A stretch of 64,000 nucleotides of DNA from NCBI GenBank assembly GCA_003281415.1, contig QCCC01000003.1:21182-85181 (forward strand), given 5' to 3'. The first letter of the stretch is position 1. Each line of letters begins with the position of its first letter. Below, piece after piece: positions 45,007 through 55,156 of the stretch. This DNA is from Prochlorococcus sp. AG-347-K15. GTDB taxonomy: Bacteria > Cyanobacteriota > Cyanobacteriia > PCC-6307 > Cyanobiaceae. A program made the translations under genes and the position numbers. The notes under the pieces are model-generated. The model was not told the DNA's origin. It saw only the letters and a program-made list of their open reading frames with translations, and did not search any database.

Positions 45007-46317
45007 CTAGTTAGTTAGTTTGGTCAATTCTTCCCAAAAAGTGGGATACGAGACGCTAGCAGCATCAGATCTCATAATTTTTGAGGTACCTTTAGCAAGA
45101 AGTGAAGCAATAGCAAGACTCATTGCTACTCTATGATCTGTCTCACTATCTACCTCCGCAGAATGAAATTTTGATTGCCCATTAATAATTAACCCATCCT
45201 CTTTTTCTGTTATTTCAGCGCCAAATTTTTTTAACTGCTTCGCCATGACTTTTAATCGATCTGTCTCCTTAACTCTTAATTCTTGTGCATCCTTAATTTC
45301 AGAAACTCCATTACAAAAACAGGCTGCCACAGTTAGGATAGGAATCTCATCTATAAGTTTTGGGAGAATATCTCCTTCAATAGTGAATGATCTTAAATTA
45401 TTTGAAGTCTTTACTTTAATAGATCCAATAGGTTCACCTGCAATAGTCGATTTATCTAAAATCTCATAATTACACCCCATTGAATCCATTACATTTAAAA
45501 TCCCTGTTCTAGTGGGATTTAATCCGACATTCTGAATTAATACCTCTGAATTTGGAACAATAGATGCAGCAATCATCCAAAAAGAAGCAGAGCTTATGTC
45601 TCCAGGAATCAATATCCTCTGGCCAATTAAGTTGCCCCCTGACTTTATAACTACATTCCTTCCTAATTCTCCTCTTATACTGATGTCTGCTCCAAATGCT
45701 TTTAACATTCTTTCAGTATGATCTCTTGAAGATGCTGGTTCAATAACAGAAGTAGTTCCAGAAGCATTGAGGCCTGCCAATAATATTGCTGATTTCACTT
45801 GGGCACTTGCCACTGGAGTTCCAATAACACATCCCTTAAGTTTTTTCCCATCAATTGAGATTGGAGCTTTGTTACCGCCTTCCCTTCCAGAAATTTTGCC
45901 ACCCATCAAAGATAACGGTTTGCCAACTCTCCCCATTGGCCTTTCATTAAGAGAAGCGTCCCCGGTTAAGATGAAATTCTTACCTTCTTGTGCGGCTAAT
46001 AAACCCATTAATAACCTCATAGTGGTTCCTGAATTGCCACAATTGAGAATTTCTTTTGGCTCTTTTAATCCATCAAGACCCATCCCTGAAATCGTAAAAG
46101 GCTCATCTTTTATTATTTTTGGAATATTTACACCTAATTTTCTAAGACAATCAGCAGTTGAAAGTGGATCTTCAGAATATAAAAAACCCTCGACAGTCGT
46201 CTCCCCCTTAGCAATACTTCCTATTATTAAAGCTCTATGAGATATAGATTTATCTCCAGGTACTTTTACTTTTCCTTTTAAATTAACTCCACCTTTTATT
46301 GTGCGGATATTATTCAT
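45007..46317 (-). CDS. aroA: EPSP synthase
   Basis: [42 protein letters not shown] at 46317 preferred. Confidence 0.97.
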   Translation of the reverse strand: MNNIRTIKGGVNLKGKVKVPGDKSISHRALIIGSIAKGETTVEGFLYSEDPLSTADCLRKLGVNIPKIIKDEPFTISGMGLDGLKEPKEILNCGNSGTTMRLLMGLLAAQEGKNFILTGDASLNERPMGRVGKPLSLMGGKISGREGGNKAPISIDGKKLKGCVIGTPVASAQVKSAILLAGLNASGTTSVIEPASSRDHTERMLKAFGADISIRGELGRNVVIKSGGNLIGQRILIPGDISSASFWMIAASIVPNSEVLIQNVGLNPTRTGILNVMDSMGCNYEILDKSTIAGEPIGSIKVKTSNNLRSFTIEGDILPKLIDEIPILTVAACFCNGVSEIKDAQELRVKETDRLKVMAKQLKKFGAEITEKEDGLIINGQSKFHSAEVDSETDHRVAMSLAIASLLAKGTSKIMRSDAASVSYPTFWEELTKLTN

Positions 46318-46428
46318 TTTCAAATTAAATACTTGATAAGATTTCTGTAAAAACAAATTATCTATATATTATCAATAAGTTTGTTTTTAAAAAAAAATAA
46401 TCAAATTAAGTAACTGTTTTCTATAATA

Positions 46429-47178
46429 ATGTCAGAAAAGGATTTGACCATTAACCTTACTTATTACCACGTTGCAAAGGATGTTCCAGAAATAAATCCA
46501 GACATTGCAGTAGTTATTGATGTTTTAAGAGCTACAACCACAATTTCCTGGGCTTTAAAAAATGGAGCTGATTCAATACAAGTTTTTGCGGATTTAGATT
46601 TATTAAAAGAATCTGCAATTAATTGGCAAGCTGAAAAGAAACTAATGCTTGGAGAGAGAGGCGGAAAGAAGATTGAGGGCTTTGATTTAGGAAATTCTCC
46701 TTTATCAGTTACAAAAAAAGTTGTTGATGGTAAAAGACTATTTATGAGTACTACTAATGGGACTAAATCGTTGCAAAAAGTTCAAAATGCTAAGCATTTA
46801 TTTGCTATGGGTCTCCCAAATAGGAAAGCAGTTGCCGAAAAAATTATTTCATTAAAAAGTGAAAATGTTCTAATACTTGGTAGTGGTTGGGAAGGCTCTT
46901 ATTCACTTGAGGATTCTTTGGCTGCTGGCGCTTTGGCCTCATACCTAAAACAGAACTGTGATTTCGAAATTAATATTCTTAATGACGAATTACAAGCAGC
47001 TTTGGCACTTTGGGATTTTTGGAAAGATGATATTTTGAAATGTTTAAAAACAGCAACCCATGGCAAAAGATTGACAAGTCTTGGAGATTATGAGGATGAT
47101 TTTAAATGTTGCTCTGAACTTGATTGCTTAGATATTGTTCCAGCTCAAGTTGAAAGAGGTGTGATTCGTGCCACATGA
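46429..47178 (+). CDS. comB: 2-phosphosulfolactate phosphatase family protein
   Basis: VIDVLRATTTI, GERGG, GNSP, STTNGT, LED..AAG. Confidence 0.9.
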   Translation: MSEKDLTINLTYYHVAKDVPEINPDIAVVIDVLRATTTISWALKNGADSIQVFADLDLLKESAINWQAEKKLMLGERGGKKIEGFDLGNSPLSVTKKVVDGKRLFMSTTNGTKSLQKVQNAKHLFAMGLPNRKAVAEKIISLKSENVLILGSGWEGSYSLEDSLAAGALASYLKQNCDFEINILNDELQAALALWDFWKDDILKCLKTATHGKRLTSLGDYEDDFKCCSELDCLDIVPAQVERGVIRAT

Positions 47179-47208
47179 TTTACGAATTAGTTCACTAGGA
47201 GTAAAGTC

Positions 47209-48036
47209 TTGACTGATTTTTTGGTAGCTGCATTGCAAATTACGAGTACTTCGAACGTTGAAGCTAATTTTGCTGAAGCAGAAGAACAGATTGAATTAGC
47301 GGCTAGAAGAGGTGCTGAGTTAATAGGATTGCCTGAGAATTTTGCTTTCTTAGGAGGAGATGATGAGAAACTCAGATTGGCTCCTGAATTGTCTGAGAAG
47401 TGTGCAAATTTTCTAAAAACTATGTCACAGAGATATCAAGTATTTCTTTTGGGAGGAGGGTATCCTGTGCCTGCCGGTGATGGCAGTCATACTTTTAACA
47501 GGTCAGCCTTATTTGGGAAAGATGGACAGATTTTGGCAAAATACGACAAAATTCACTTGTTTGATGTTGATTTGCCAGATGGGAATCTATATAAGGAATC
47601 ATCCACTATTTTATCTGGGTCAGAGTATCCACCTGTGGTAGATGTTCCGGGTTTATGCAAAATAGGATTATCGATTTGTTACGACGTTAGATTTCCTGAA
47701 CTCTATAGATATTTGTCTTCCAATGGTGCAGAGCTAATTATGATTCCCGCAGCTTTTACAGCATTTACTGGAAAAGATCATTGGCAAATCCTATTACAAG
47801 CAAGAGCAATTGAGAACACAGCATATGTAGTCGCTCCAGCTCAAACAGGGATTCATTATGGGAGAAGGCAAAGTCATGGTCATGCAATGGTAATTGACCC
47901 TTGGGGTACAGTTTTATCTGATGCCGGAAAAACTCAGGGAGCTGCAATAGCGCCTGCTGATAAAGAAAGAGTAAAGAAAATTAGGGAGCAGATGCCAAGT
48001 CTTAAACATAGAAAAAATAAGTTGTTTTCAAAATAA
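47209..48036 (+). CDS. Carbon-nitrogen hydrolase, Nit1-like (probable deaminated glutathione amidase)
   Basis: Catalytic triad motifs LPE, YDKIHLFD, ICYD.RFPE; HW..LL.ARAIE. Confidence 0.88.
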   Translation: MTDFLVAALQITSTSNVEANFAEAEEQIELAARRGAELIGLPENFAFLGGDDEKLRLAPELSEKCANFLKTMSQRYQVFLLGGGYPVPAGDGSHTFNRSALFGKDGQILAKYDKIHLFDVDLPDGNLYKESSTILSGSEYPPVVDVPGLCKIGLSICYDVRFPELYRYLSSNGAELIMIPAAFTAFTGKDHWQILLQARAIENTAYVVAPAQTGIHYGRRQSHGHAMVIDPWGTVLSDAGKTQGAAIAPADKERVKKIREQMPSLKHRKNKLFSK

Positions 48037-49121
48037 TGATTAAGTTTTTAAATAAAAAACTTTTTCGTTATTTATCCGTTTTTTTATTTTTAAATTCTTC
48101 AATCCTCCCAGTTAAATCTTCTAGTGCTCTTGCTGCATGGGCAATAAATACTAATGGGGTTTTAGAATTAAGAACAAAATCAAATACAAATTTAAAAGCA
48201 TACTTTCAGAAGGCTAACCAAATATCTGGCGATAGATTCTGGGTAGATTTCCCAGGAGAATTAAAAAGTCCCAGAACAATAAAAGGTAATGGCCCAATAA
48301 AAGAGATTAGATTAGGTAAGCCAAATAAAGGTAAAACAAGATTAGTAATTGAATTTAAGGAAGAGACTTATTTGAAACCTTTGACTTGGCGATTGGTTGG
48401 CTTAGATCAAAACAGGTGGAAAATTAAACTATTTGAGCCAAAGTATACTTTTAAGAAGATTGGTGAAGGTCTTGTTAATAAGAGAATAGGAAACATTAAA
48501 GTAAATCGAAAATCAATTTATAAGAAGAAAAGTGATTTTCATTACTTGAAATTACCAGAGGTAAAACAAAACAAATTTTTGGTTGTTATCGACCCAGGGC
48601 ATGGAGGTCCTGATCCAGGCGCGATAGGTATTGGTGGTATTAGGGAAACAGATGTTGTACTAGAGGTTTCCAAAATAGTTAAAAATTTACTGTCTGAGAA
48701 AGGTGTTAATGTAAGACTAACCAGAAAAAATGAAGTTGATTTAGATTTACCTCCAAGAGTTTCCTTTGCTAATAATACGGATGCTGATATCTTTGTAAGT
48801 ATTCATGCAAATGCCTCAAGAGGGAAAAGAAAGGATATTAATGGATTGGAAACCTTTTACTATAGAGGTTGGAGAGGTAGGTTACTTGCCAAAAAAATTC
48901 AAAAACAAATTCTAAGAGTTTCTCCTGGGAGTCCTGATCGAGGAGTTAAGCAAGGTAGATTTTACGTAATTAAAAATACTAGGATGCCCGCAGTTCTTGT
49001 AGAAATTGGATTTTTAACGGGGAGATTAGATGCCAGAAGATTAGAGAAAACAACGCATCGTAAAAGATTAGCTTATGCAATTGCAAAAGGCATTCTTGAA
49101 TATCTGTATAGAATAGGGTGA
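48036..49121 (+). CDS. amiC: N-acetylmuramoyl-L-alanine amidase (AMIN + Amidase_3)
   Basis: Signal peptide, AMIN-like domain, IDPGHGG, VSIHAN, LVEIGF. Confidence 0.92.
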   Translation: MIKFLNKKLFRYLSVFLFLNSSILPVKSSSALAAWAINTNGVLELRTKSNTNLKAYFQKANQISGDRFWVDFPGELKSPRTIKGNGPIKEIRLGKPNKGKTRLVIEFKEETYLKPLTWRLVGLDQNRWKIKLFEPKYTFKKIGEGLVNKRIGNIKVNRKSIYKKKSDFHYLKLPEVKQNKFLVVIDPGHGGPDPGAIGIGGIRETDVVLEVSKIVKNLLSEKGVNVRLTRKNEVDLDLPPRVSFANNTDADIFVSIHANASRGKRKDINGLETFYYRGWRGRLLAKKIQKQILRVSPGSPDRGVKQGRFYVIKNTRMPAVLVEIGFLTGRLDARRLEKTTHRKRLAYAIAKGILEYLYRIG

Positions 49122-49912
49122 AGCTTAAAATAGGTATATTTGACAGTGGTATAGGTGGTTTTACTATCCTTAATTCTTTACTAAAAACACGTAAAGATGT
49201 AGAAGTTTTTTATTTGGCAGATACAAAAAGAATACCTTTTGGCAGTAAAAATTTTAAAGAAATAAGATTAATTGCAAAGGAGATTTGCAATTTTTTTGTT
49301 GATAAGAATTTGGATGCACTTTTAGTAGCTTGCAACACTACAAATGCATGTGCACTTGATATTCTGGAAGATAATTTAAAGGTGCCTTGTTTTGATCTTA
49401 TTAACTCAGTATCGGAAATAGTTGATAAACAAATAATTGGTGTTCTAGCAACACAAACGACTGTTCGATCATCATATTATAAAAACGCTATAAAATCTAA
49501 AAAAGAAAATAGAATAATATTTCAGCAAGAATGTCCAGAATTTGTATCAGAAATTGAAAAAGAAAAATTAAATCTTGATAAGTTAAATTATCTTTCAGAT
49601 TTATATTTAAGACCATTAATAACTAAAAATATTGAAGAATTAATACTTGGATGTAGTCACTACCCTTTAATTTATGACTTTCTAAGAAAAAAATTAGATT
49701 CAAATATAAAAATTATTGATCCATCGGTAGCACTAATAAAAAAATTTAATGAATCTTTTGCTATCCCAAAAATTGCCTGTCATGAAAGTCTTTCTTATGA
49801 AAATGTAAATTTCTTCGTAACTTCAGAAAAAGATGTATTTTTTAAAAAAGTAAAATTTTGGTTTGAAATTAATAAAGAAATTAGGTTAGTTAACCTCCGA
49901 AGCAATGTTTGA
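49118..49912 (+). CDS. murI: Glutamate racemase
   Basis: FDSGIGG, VACNT, LGCSHYP. Confidence 0.96.
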   Translation: MKLKIGIFDSGIGGFTILNSLLKTRKDVEVFYLADTKRIPFGSKNFKEIRLIAKEICNFFVDKNLDALLVACNTTNACALDILEDNLKVPCFDLINSVSEIVDKQIIGVLATQTTVRSSYYKNAIKSKKENRIIFQQECPEFVSEIEKEKLNLDKLNYLSDLYLRPLITKNIEELILGCSHYPLIYDFLRKKLDSNIKIIDPSVALIKKFNESFAIPKIACHESLSYENVNFFVTSEKDVFFKKVKFWFEINKEIRLVNLRSNV

Positions 49913-49939
49913 TTCCTTAATATGTATATGAGGTCAATC

Positions 49940-50911
49940 ATGAATACAGTAACAGAACTACTACAACCAGTTGAAAATGATCTTGATGATCTTATTCTTG
50001 AACTGAAAAATTTAATTGGAGCTGGTCATCCAATTCTTCAAGCTGCAGCAGAACATCTTTTTAGTGCTGGGGGTAAAAGACTTAGACCGGGCATCGTTTT
50101 ATTAATTTCAAAAGCAATATCTCCTGAATTTATTTTAACTAGTAAACATAAAAGGCTTGCCGAAATAACTGAGATGATTCACACAGCATCATTAGTCCAT
50201 GATGATGTTGTTGATGAGGCATCTACAAGAAGAGGCGTTGATACAGTACATAGCAGATTTAATACTAGAGTAGCTGTTTTGGCAGGCGATTTCTTATTCG
50301 CCCAAGCAAGTTGGCACTTAGCAAATCTTGATAATGTAGATGTAGTTAAATTACTTAGTAGAGTAATAATGGATTTAGCAGAGGGTGAAATTAAACAAAA
50401 TTTAAATAGATTTGATTCTGCCCAATCTTTTTCCAAATACATCAACAAAAGCTACTGTAAAACAGCATCATTAATAGCAAATAGTTGTAAAGCAGCTGGA
50501 GTTCTGAGTGACATTTCTGATGAAAAATTAACTTCACTCTACGATTTTGGCAAAAATATTGGTTTAGCATTCCAAGTTGTAGATGACATACTTGACTTCA
50601 CTGGAAATGATAAACAACTCGGAAAACCTGCAGTAAGTGATCTTGCAAGTGGTTATCTTACTGCTCCAGTTTTATATGCCTTAGAAGAAAATAAGAAATT
50701 GTCTGTTCTTATTAACAGAGAACTTGCTGAAAAAGATGATTTAGATGATGCCCTAAGTATCATTATGAATTCTAAAGCTATCGAAAGTTCCAGAAAACTA
50801 GCTGAGGATTTTGCAATGCTTTCTAAAGAAGCTCTAGTTTGGCTCCCTGATTCAGAATATAAAAGGGCTTTAATGGCTCTTCCGGAATTTGTCCTAAGCC
50901 GTATTTATTAG
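49940..50911 (+). CDS. sds: Solanesyl diphosphate synthase (trans-prenyltransferase)
   Basis: GGKRLRP, HDDVVD (first Asp-rich motif), DDILD (second). Start at MNTVTELL preferred. Confidence 0.92.
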   Translation: MNTVTELLQPVENDLDDLILELKNLIGAGHPILQAAAEHLFSAGGKRLRPGIVLLISKAISPEFILTSKHKRLAEITEMIHTASLVHDDVVDEASTRRGVDTVHSRFNTRVAVLAGDFLFAQASWHLANLDNVDVVKLLSRVIMDLAEGEIKQNLNRFDSAQSFSKYINKSYCKTASLIANSCKAAGVLSDISDEKLTSLYDFGKNIGLAFQVVDDILDFTGNDKQLGKPAVSDLASGYLTAPVLYALEENKKLSVLINRELAEKDDLDDALSIIMNSKAIESSRKLAEDFAMLSKEALVWLPDSEYKRALMALPEFVLSRIY

Positions 50912-51006
50912 TTTTATACATACAAAATTATTCGAGCTAAATTAATATTAAAATTTTTGAAAACAATAAATTTTTCGACTAAATTTATTAAGCATAGATT
51001 TATTTA

Positions 51007-52989
51007 ATGTCATTAGATAAAAAAAATTCAATCAATAACATACTTGAAGAAAAGAGAATTTTCCCTCCATCAAAACAATTTGCAGAAAACTCAAATATTA
51101 GTTCTCAAGAAGAATTACTAAGTCTTAAAAAACAAGCTTCAGATAATCCAATCCAATTTTGGGAATCTTTTGCAAAATCTGAATTAGATTGGTTTGAGCC
51201 ATTTCAAACTGTATTAGATAGCGAGAACGCACCCTTTTTTAAATGGTTCAAAGAAGGGAAACTAAATATTACATATAACTGCTTAGATAGACATATTGAT
51301 AGAGGGCTTGGAGGAAATACTGCACTTATATGGGAAGGTGAACCTGGAGATAGCAAAAAATATACTTACGAAGAACTTCTAAAAGAGGTATGTAAAGCAG
51401 CTAATGCATTAAAAGCAATTGGTGTAAAAAAAGGAGATTTGGTCTGTATTTATATGCCGATGATTCCTGAAGCGATGTTTGCGATGTTAGCTTGTGCGAG
51501 AATTGGCGCGCCTCATTCCGTTGTCTTTGGAGGGTTCTCTTCAGAAGCTTTAAAAGATAGGTTAATTGATGGAAACGCCAGATTTGTTATCACTGCTGAT
51601 GGTGGCTTTAGAAAAGATAAAGTGATTGAACTTAAGCAAGCAGTTGATGCGGCAATTGAAAGTGGGGCAGATAAAGTTGTTGAAAAAGTAATAGTTGTTC
51701 AACGAACTAAAAAAAATATTTCGATGGTTGATCATAGAGATTTATGGTGGCACGAATTATTAAAAGACCAACAAGATCAGTGTGAACCAGAAATAATGAA
51801 TAGTGAAGATAGACTTTTTATTCTTTATACTTCAGGCTCTACTGGAAAGCCCAAAGGTGTAGTTCACACTACAGGTGGTTACAATCTTTGGTCCCATTTG
51901 ACATTTAAATGGATTTTTGATTTGAAAGATGACGATATTTACTGGTGTACTGCTGATGTTGGTTGGATTACAGGTCATAGTTACATAGTTTATGGGCCTT
52001 TATCTAATGGTGCTACAACCTTAATGTATGAGGGAGTGCCAAGGCCCTCAAATTTAGGGGCTTTTTGGGAAATTATTCAAAAATATAAGGTTTCTATTTT
52101 TTATACTGCACCAACTGCAATAAGAGCATTCATGAAGTCTGGGCGTGAAATTCCTGATAAATATAATCTTGAGAGTCTTAGAATTTTGGGCACAGTTGGG
52201 GAACCAATTAATCCTGAAGCATGGATGTGGTACAAGGATGTTATTGGTAAAAATAAATGCCCTATTGTTGATACTTGGTGGCAGACTGAGACTGGAGGTG
52301 TGATGATAAGTCCCTTGCCTGGAGTCGTTGCTACAAAGCCAGGTTCAGCTACTTTCCCTCTTCCAGGAATTGAAGTTGAAATCGTCGATAAAAATGGAGA
52401 TAAGGTTAAGGAGAACGAAGGTGGCTATTTAATTATTAAGAAACCATGGCCAGGAATGATGAGAACAATTCACGGAAACTCAGAGCGATATTTGGAGAGT
52501 TATTGGGAATATATTTCCTTTAAAGGAGAAAAAAATGTTTATTTTGCTGGAGATGGAGCACGCGTTGATCAAGATGGATATATATGGATTATGGGAAGAG
52601 TTGATGATGTCATAAGTGTTTCAGGACATAGGTTAGGAACAATGGAAATAGAATCTGCTTTGGTAAGTCATAAATCAGTTGCAGAGTCTGCAGTCGTAGG
52701 CAAAAAAGATGATTTAAAAGGTGAAGTTATAGTCGCTTTTGTTTCTCTAGAGAAAGACGTGAACAGTTCTACAGAATTAGTAGAGAATTTAAAGAAACAT
52801 GTTGTTAATGAAATTGGAATTATCGCAAAGCCTGAAAAAATTATAATTTCTGACTCGCTTCCGAAAACACGTAGTGGAAAAATTATGAGGCGAATTTTAA
52901 GATCTTTGGCTGCTGGTGAAAAAATTAGTGGAGATATAAGCACTCTTGAAGATAGTTCTGTTTTGGAAAAGCTGAAAGAATTATCCTAA
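51007..52989 (+). CDS. acs: Acetyl-CoA synthetase
   Basis: [37 protein letters not shown]. Confidence 0.97.
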   Translation: MSLDKKNSINNILEEKRIFPPSKQFAENSNISSQEELLSLKKQASDNPIQFWESFAKSELDWFEPFQTVLDSENAPFFKWFKEGKLNITYNCLDRHIDRGLGGNTALIWEGEPGDSKKYTYEELLKEVCKAANALKAIGVKKGDLVCIYMPMIPEAMFAMLACARIGAPHSVVFGGFSSEALKDRLIDGNARFVITADGGFRKDKVIELKQAVDAAIESGADKVVEKVIVVQRTKKNISMVDHRDLWWHELLKDQQDQCEPEIMNSEDRLFILYTSGSTGKPKGVVHTTGGYNLWSHLTFKWIFDLKDDDIYWCTADVGWITGHSYIVYGPLSNGATTLMYEGVPRPSNLGAFWEIIQKYKVSIFYTAPTAIRAFMKSGREIPDKYNLESLRILGTVGEPINPEAWMWYKDVIGKNKCPIVDTWWQTETGGVMISPLPGVVATKPGSATFPLPGIEVEIVDKNGDKVKENEGGYLIIKKPWPGMMRTIHGNSERYLESYWEYISFKGEKNVYFAGDGARVDQDGYIWIMGRVDDVISVSGHRLGTMEIESALVSHKSVAESAVVGKKDDLKGEVIVAFVSLEKDVNSSTELVENLKKHVVNEIGIIAKPEKIIISDSLPKTRSGKIMRRILRSLAAGEKISGDISTLEDSSVLEKLKELS

Positions 52990-53708
52990 TCAGATTCATC
53001 AATTAAATTGGAAATTCTTTTTATTGTATTTCTTTTGAATTCATCATCGGCCCAGTCTCCCAAAAAATTTTCTCTTAGTCCTGCGCTTGCAATTATAGTG
53101 TGTGTACCTTTTAACATTACCCCCTTAGAATTATCTTCTTTTCTTGCTTTTAGACAAGAAAATAATTTATCTGTTTGATCTAATTCGTCTGAATTGAATT
53201 TTATTAGGAAGTTATTTTTTTGATTATATGTTTTTTCAATTAATCGCAAAGTTCTTTCAGGGCTTGGACTGAATTCACTGTTGAATTCTAATTTTTGAGA
53301 AATTTGTTTCAATAATGGAATTGATTTGTTGGCACTGAAGTTATTAAAACTAATTGATATAAATTTTTCGCAATTTCTTCCACCATCAGGGGAAATTAGA
53401 TGAAGTTTGCAGCCTAGGCTATGACCAATTCTTATTGAAGGAATAGATGCTCCTATTCTCTTGGATAAAGATATTCTGCATTTCTTGAAATCCCTCCATG
53501 CTTTAATAGAAAGTTGTTGGTGATCAAATTGTGGCGTGTATTTATATGCATGTACTGCATAGTTTTTTTTAATTAAACTCTCTATGAATCTTTTGTAAGT
53601 TAAATCTGGTTTAGAAGCCAGATAACTTCCACCAATAAATTCTGCAATTTTTTTAGGATTTGAAGGCCAATAACAAAAATTATTAAATTGATATTTTGTA
53701 AAAGTCAT
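52986..53708 (-). CDS. DUF1350-family alpha/beta-hydrolase
   Basis: [32 protein letters not shown]. Confidence 0.82.
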   Translation of the reverse strand: MTFTKYQFNNFCYWPSNPKKIAEFIGGSYLASKPDLTYKRFIESLIKKNYAVHAYKYTPQFDHQQLSIKAWRDFKKCRISLSKRIGASIPSIRIGHSLGCKLHLISPDGGRNCEKFISISFNNFSANKSIPLLKQISQKLEFNSEFSPSPERTLRLIEKTYNQKNNFLIKFNSDELDQTDKLFSCLKARKEDNSKGVMLKGTHTIIASAGLRENFLGDWADDEFKRNTIKRISNLIDESD

Positions 53709-53825
53709 CTTTCATAAACTAACAATGTTTCGAAAAATATTTTCTAATCATGATTTTTAATTTATATTAATTTAAGAGAAATTTTTATTAAATGCGTCAA
53801 GATAAATGAAAGTGTTTTCAGCTAA

Positions 53826-54605
53826 TTGGAACTATCTAACAAAAAAGAATTAAATCAATTGGATATTCTTCAGGATCAAGTTATCAGATATCCCTCTGAA
53901 GAAAGTGTCGCTAATCAAAATAAAAAAATTGAAAAAATTTTAATTCTTGATACTGAAACAACGGGTTTAGACGAAAATAAAGATGAAGTTATAGAGATAG
54001 GCTGTATTTTGTTTGATGTATCTTTTAAGTGCGTGCTTTCACAAGTTTCATTTTTATTCCCAGTTAATAATAATGAAGCCCAACATGTTAATGGTATATC
54101 TGCTGAAGTAACTAATATTTCTCAACCATGGGAAGATGGATTGAATTTCTTTCTGAAACTTGTTGATTGTTCAGATTTCATTGTCGCGCATAATGTAGAG
54201 TTTGATAAGAAATGGTTTGGGAAAGGAAGATTACCTAAACTTAATAAAAAATGGATATGTAGTTTAGAGGATATTAATTGGTCTTTTAAAAAATCACTAA
54301 AAAATAGACCCTCAGTAACTGATCTAGCTTTATCTTTTTCAATACCAGTTTGGAATTTACATAGAGCTTTATCTGATTGCTTTTACATATCTGAGGTTTT
54401 CAAAAAATGCGATAATTTAGAGGAACTTTTACTTAAAGCTACCGAACCGAGATTTTTATACAAGGCACTTATTAGTTACGAAGACCGATCTTTAGCTAAA
54501 AATGCTGGGTTCAGATGGAATAGTCCTGTACAAGGTGCTTGGTCAAGAAAATTAACTACTGATGAGGCAAAAAATCTTGATTTTAGAGTAGAGATTTTGA
54601 ATTAA
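53826..54605 (+). CDS. DEDDh 3'-5' exonuclease (DnaQ/epsilon-like) with a small C-terminal domain
   Basis: Exo I LDTETTG, Exo II AHN..FD, Exo III HRALSD. Confidence 0.88.
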   Translation: MELSNKKELNQLDILQDQVIRYPSEESVANQNKKIEKILILDTETTGLDENKDEVIEIGCILFDVSFKCVLSQVSFLFPVNNNEAQHVNGISAEVTNISQPWEDGLNFFLKLVDCSDFIVAHNVEFDKKWFGKGRLPKLNKKWICSLEDINWSFKKSLKNRPSVTDLALSFSIPVWNLHRALSDCFYISEVFKKCDNLEELLLKATEPRFLYKALISYEDRSLAKNAGFRWNSPVQGAWSRKLTTDEAKNLDFRVEILN

Positions 54606-54635
54606 TATTTAATAAATTTTTGACTCAGTAAATAT

Positions 54636-55058
54636 CTAGTGCATTTTACAGGGCATCCATTTATTACCCATTTTATGTGCTCCAGTACATCCGTACTTTG
54701 AGGCAGCCTTTTCAGCATCTTCTTTAGTGTTAAATAGATCTGACATCTTATTATCTTTGCTTGAATTTGAAATTTGTTTGGAATGATTATGATGATTGTT
54801 TTGAGAATTAGGTGAATACTCCCATATCCCCATAGTCGTTACGCCAGCTGAGATAATTCCCATCCCTACTACTGATAAATTGACTATTCCCATTGCTACT
54901 GCCCCAAAAGAAAATACTCCCATTGGGACTATTCCAATACTTATTACTCCCATTGGCACTATTCCTATTGAAACTATACCTAATGGCGCAATTCCAAAAG
55001 CAATTTTTTTGGGTTTTGTGCCGCAATGCTGATTCTCTTTATTTTTATTAATTTCCAA
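54636..55058 (-). CDS. Gly-pentad repeat protein with a C-terminal DUF3721-like Cys/His domain
   Basis: Six decapeptide repeats, His-rich linker, then LF.TKE.AE..A...GC.GAH.MG..WMPC..H. Confidence 0.75.
   Translation of the reverse strand: MEINKNKENQHCGTKPKKIAFGIAPLGIVSIGIVPMGVISIGIVPMGVFSFGAVAMGIVNLSVVGMGIISAGVTTMGIWEYSPNSQNNHHNHSKQISNSSKDNKMSDLFNTKEDAEKAASKYGCTGAHKMGNKWMPCKMH
54825..54995. repeat. Degenerate 30-bp coding tandem repeat (about 6 units)
   Basis: tactcccattgggactattcc (54915-54935) and tactcccattggcactattcc (54945-54965); weaker copies at the same 30-bp spacing on both sides. Confidence 0.7.
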
Positions 55059-55156
55059 TAGTTTTTCTAAATGTTAAATTAAAATTGTCTCACAGAACAA
55101 CCAATCAAAGATTAATTTCTACTTGAATTAAAAATTTTGAATTATTTTCTAGAACT

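Noticed and set aside
45767-46240. 157-aa antisense ORF in aroA
   Set aside because: Codon-aligned mirror of a conserved enzyme.
54808-55026. 72-aa alternative-frame ORF with NG/WN repeats
   Set aside because: Same-strand shifted reading of the 30-bp repeat. The 140-aa frame carries the recognisable C-terminal domain.
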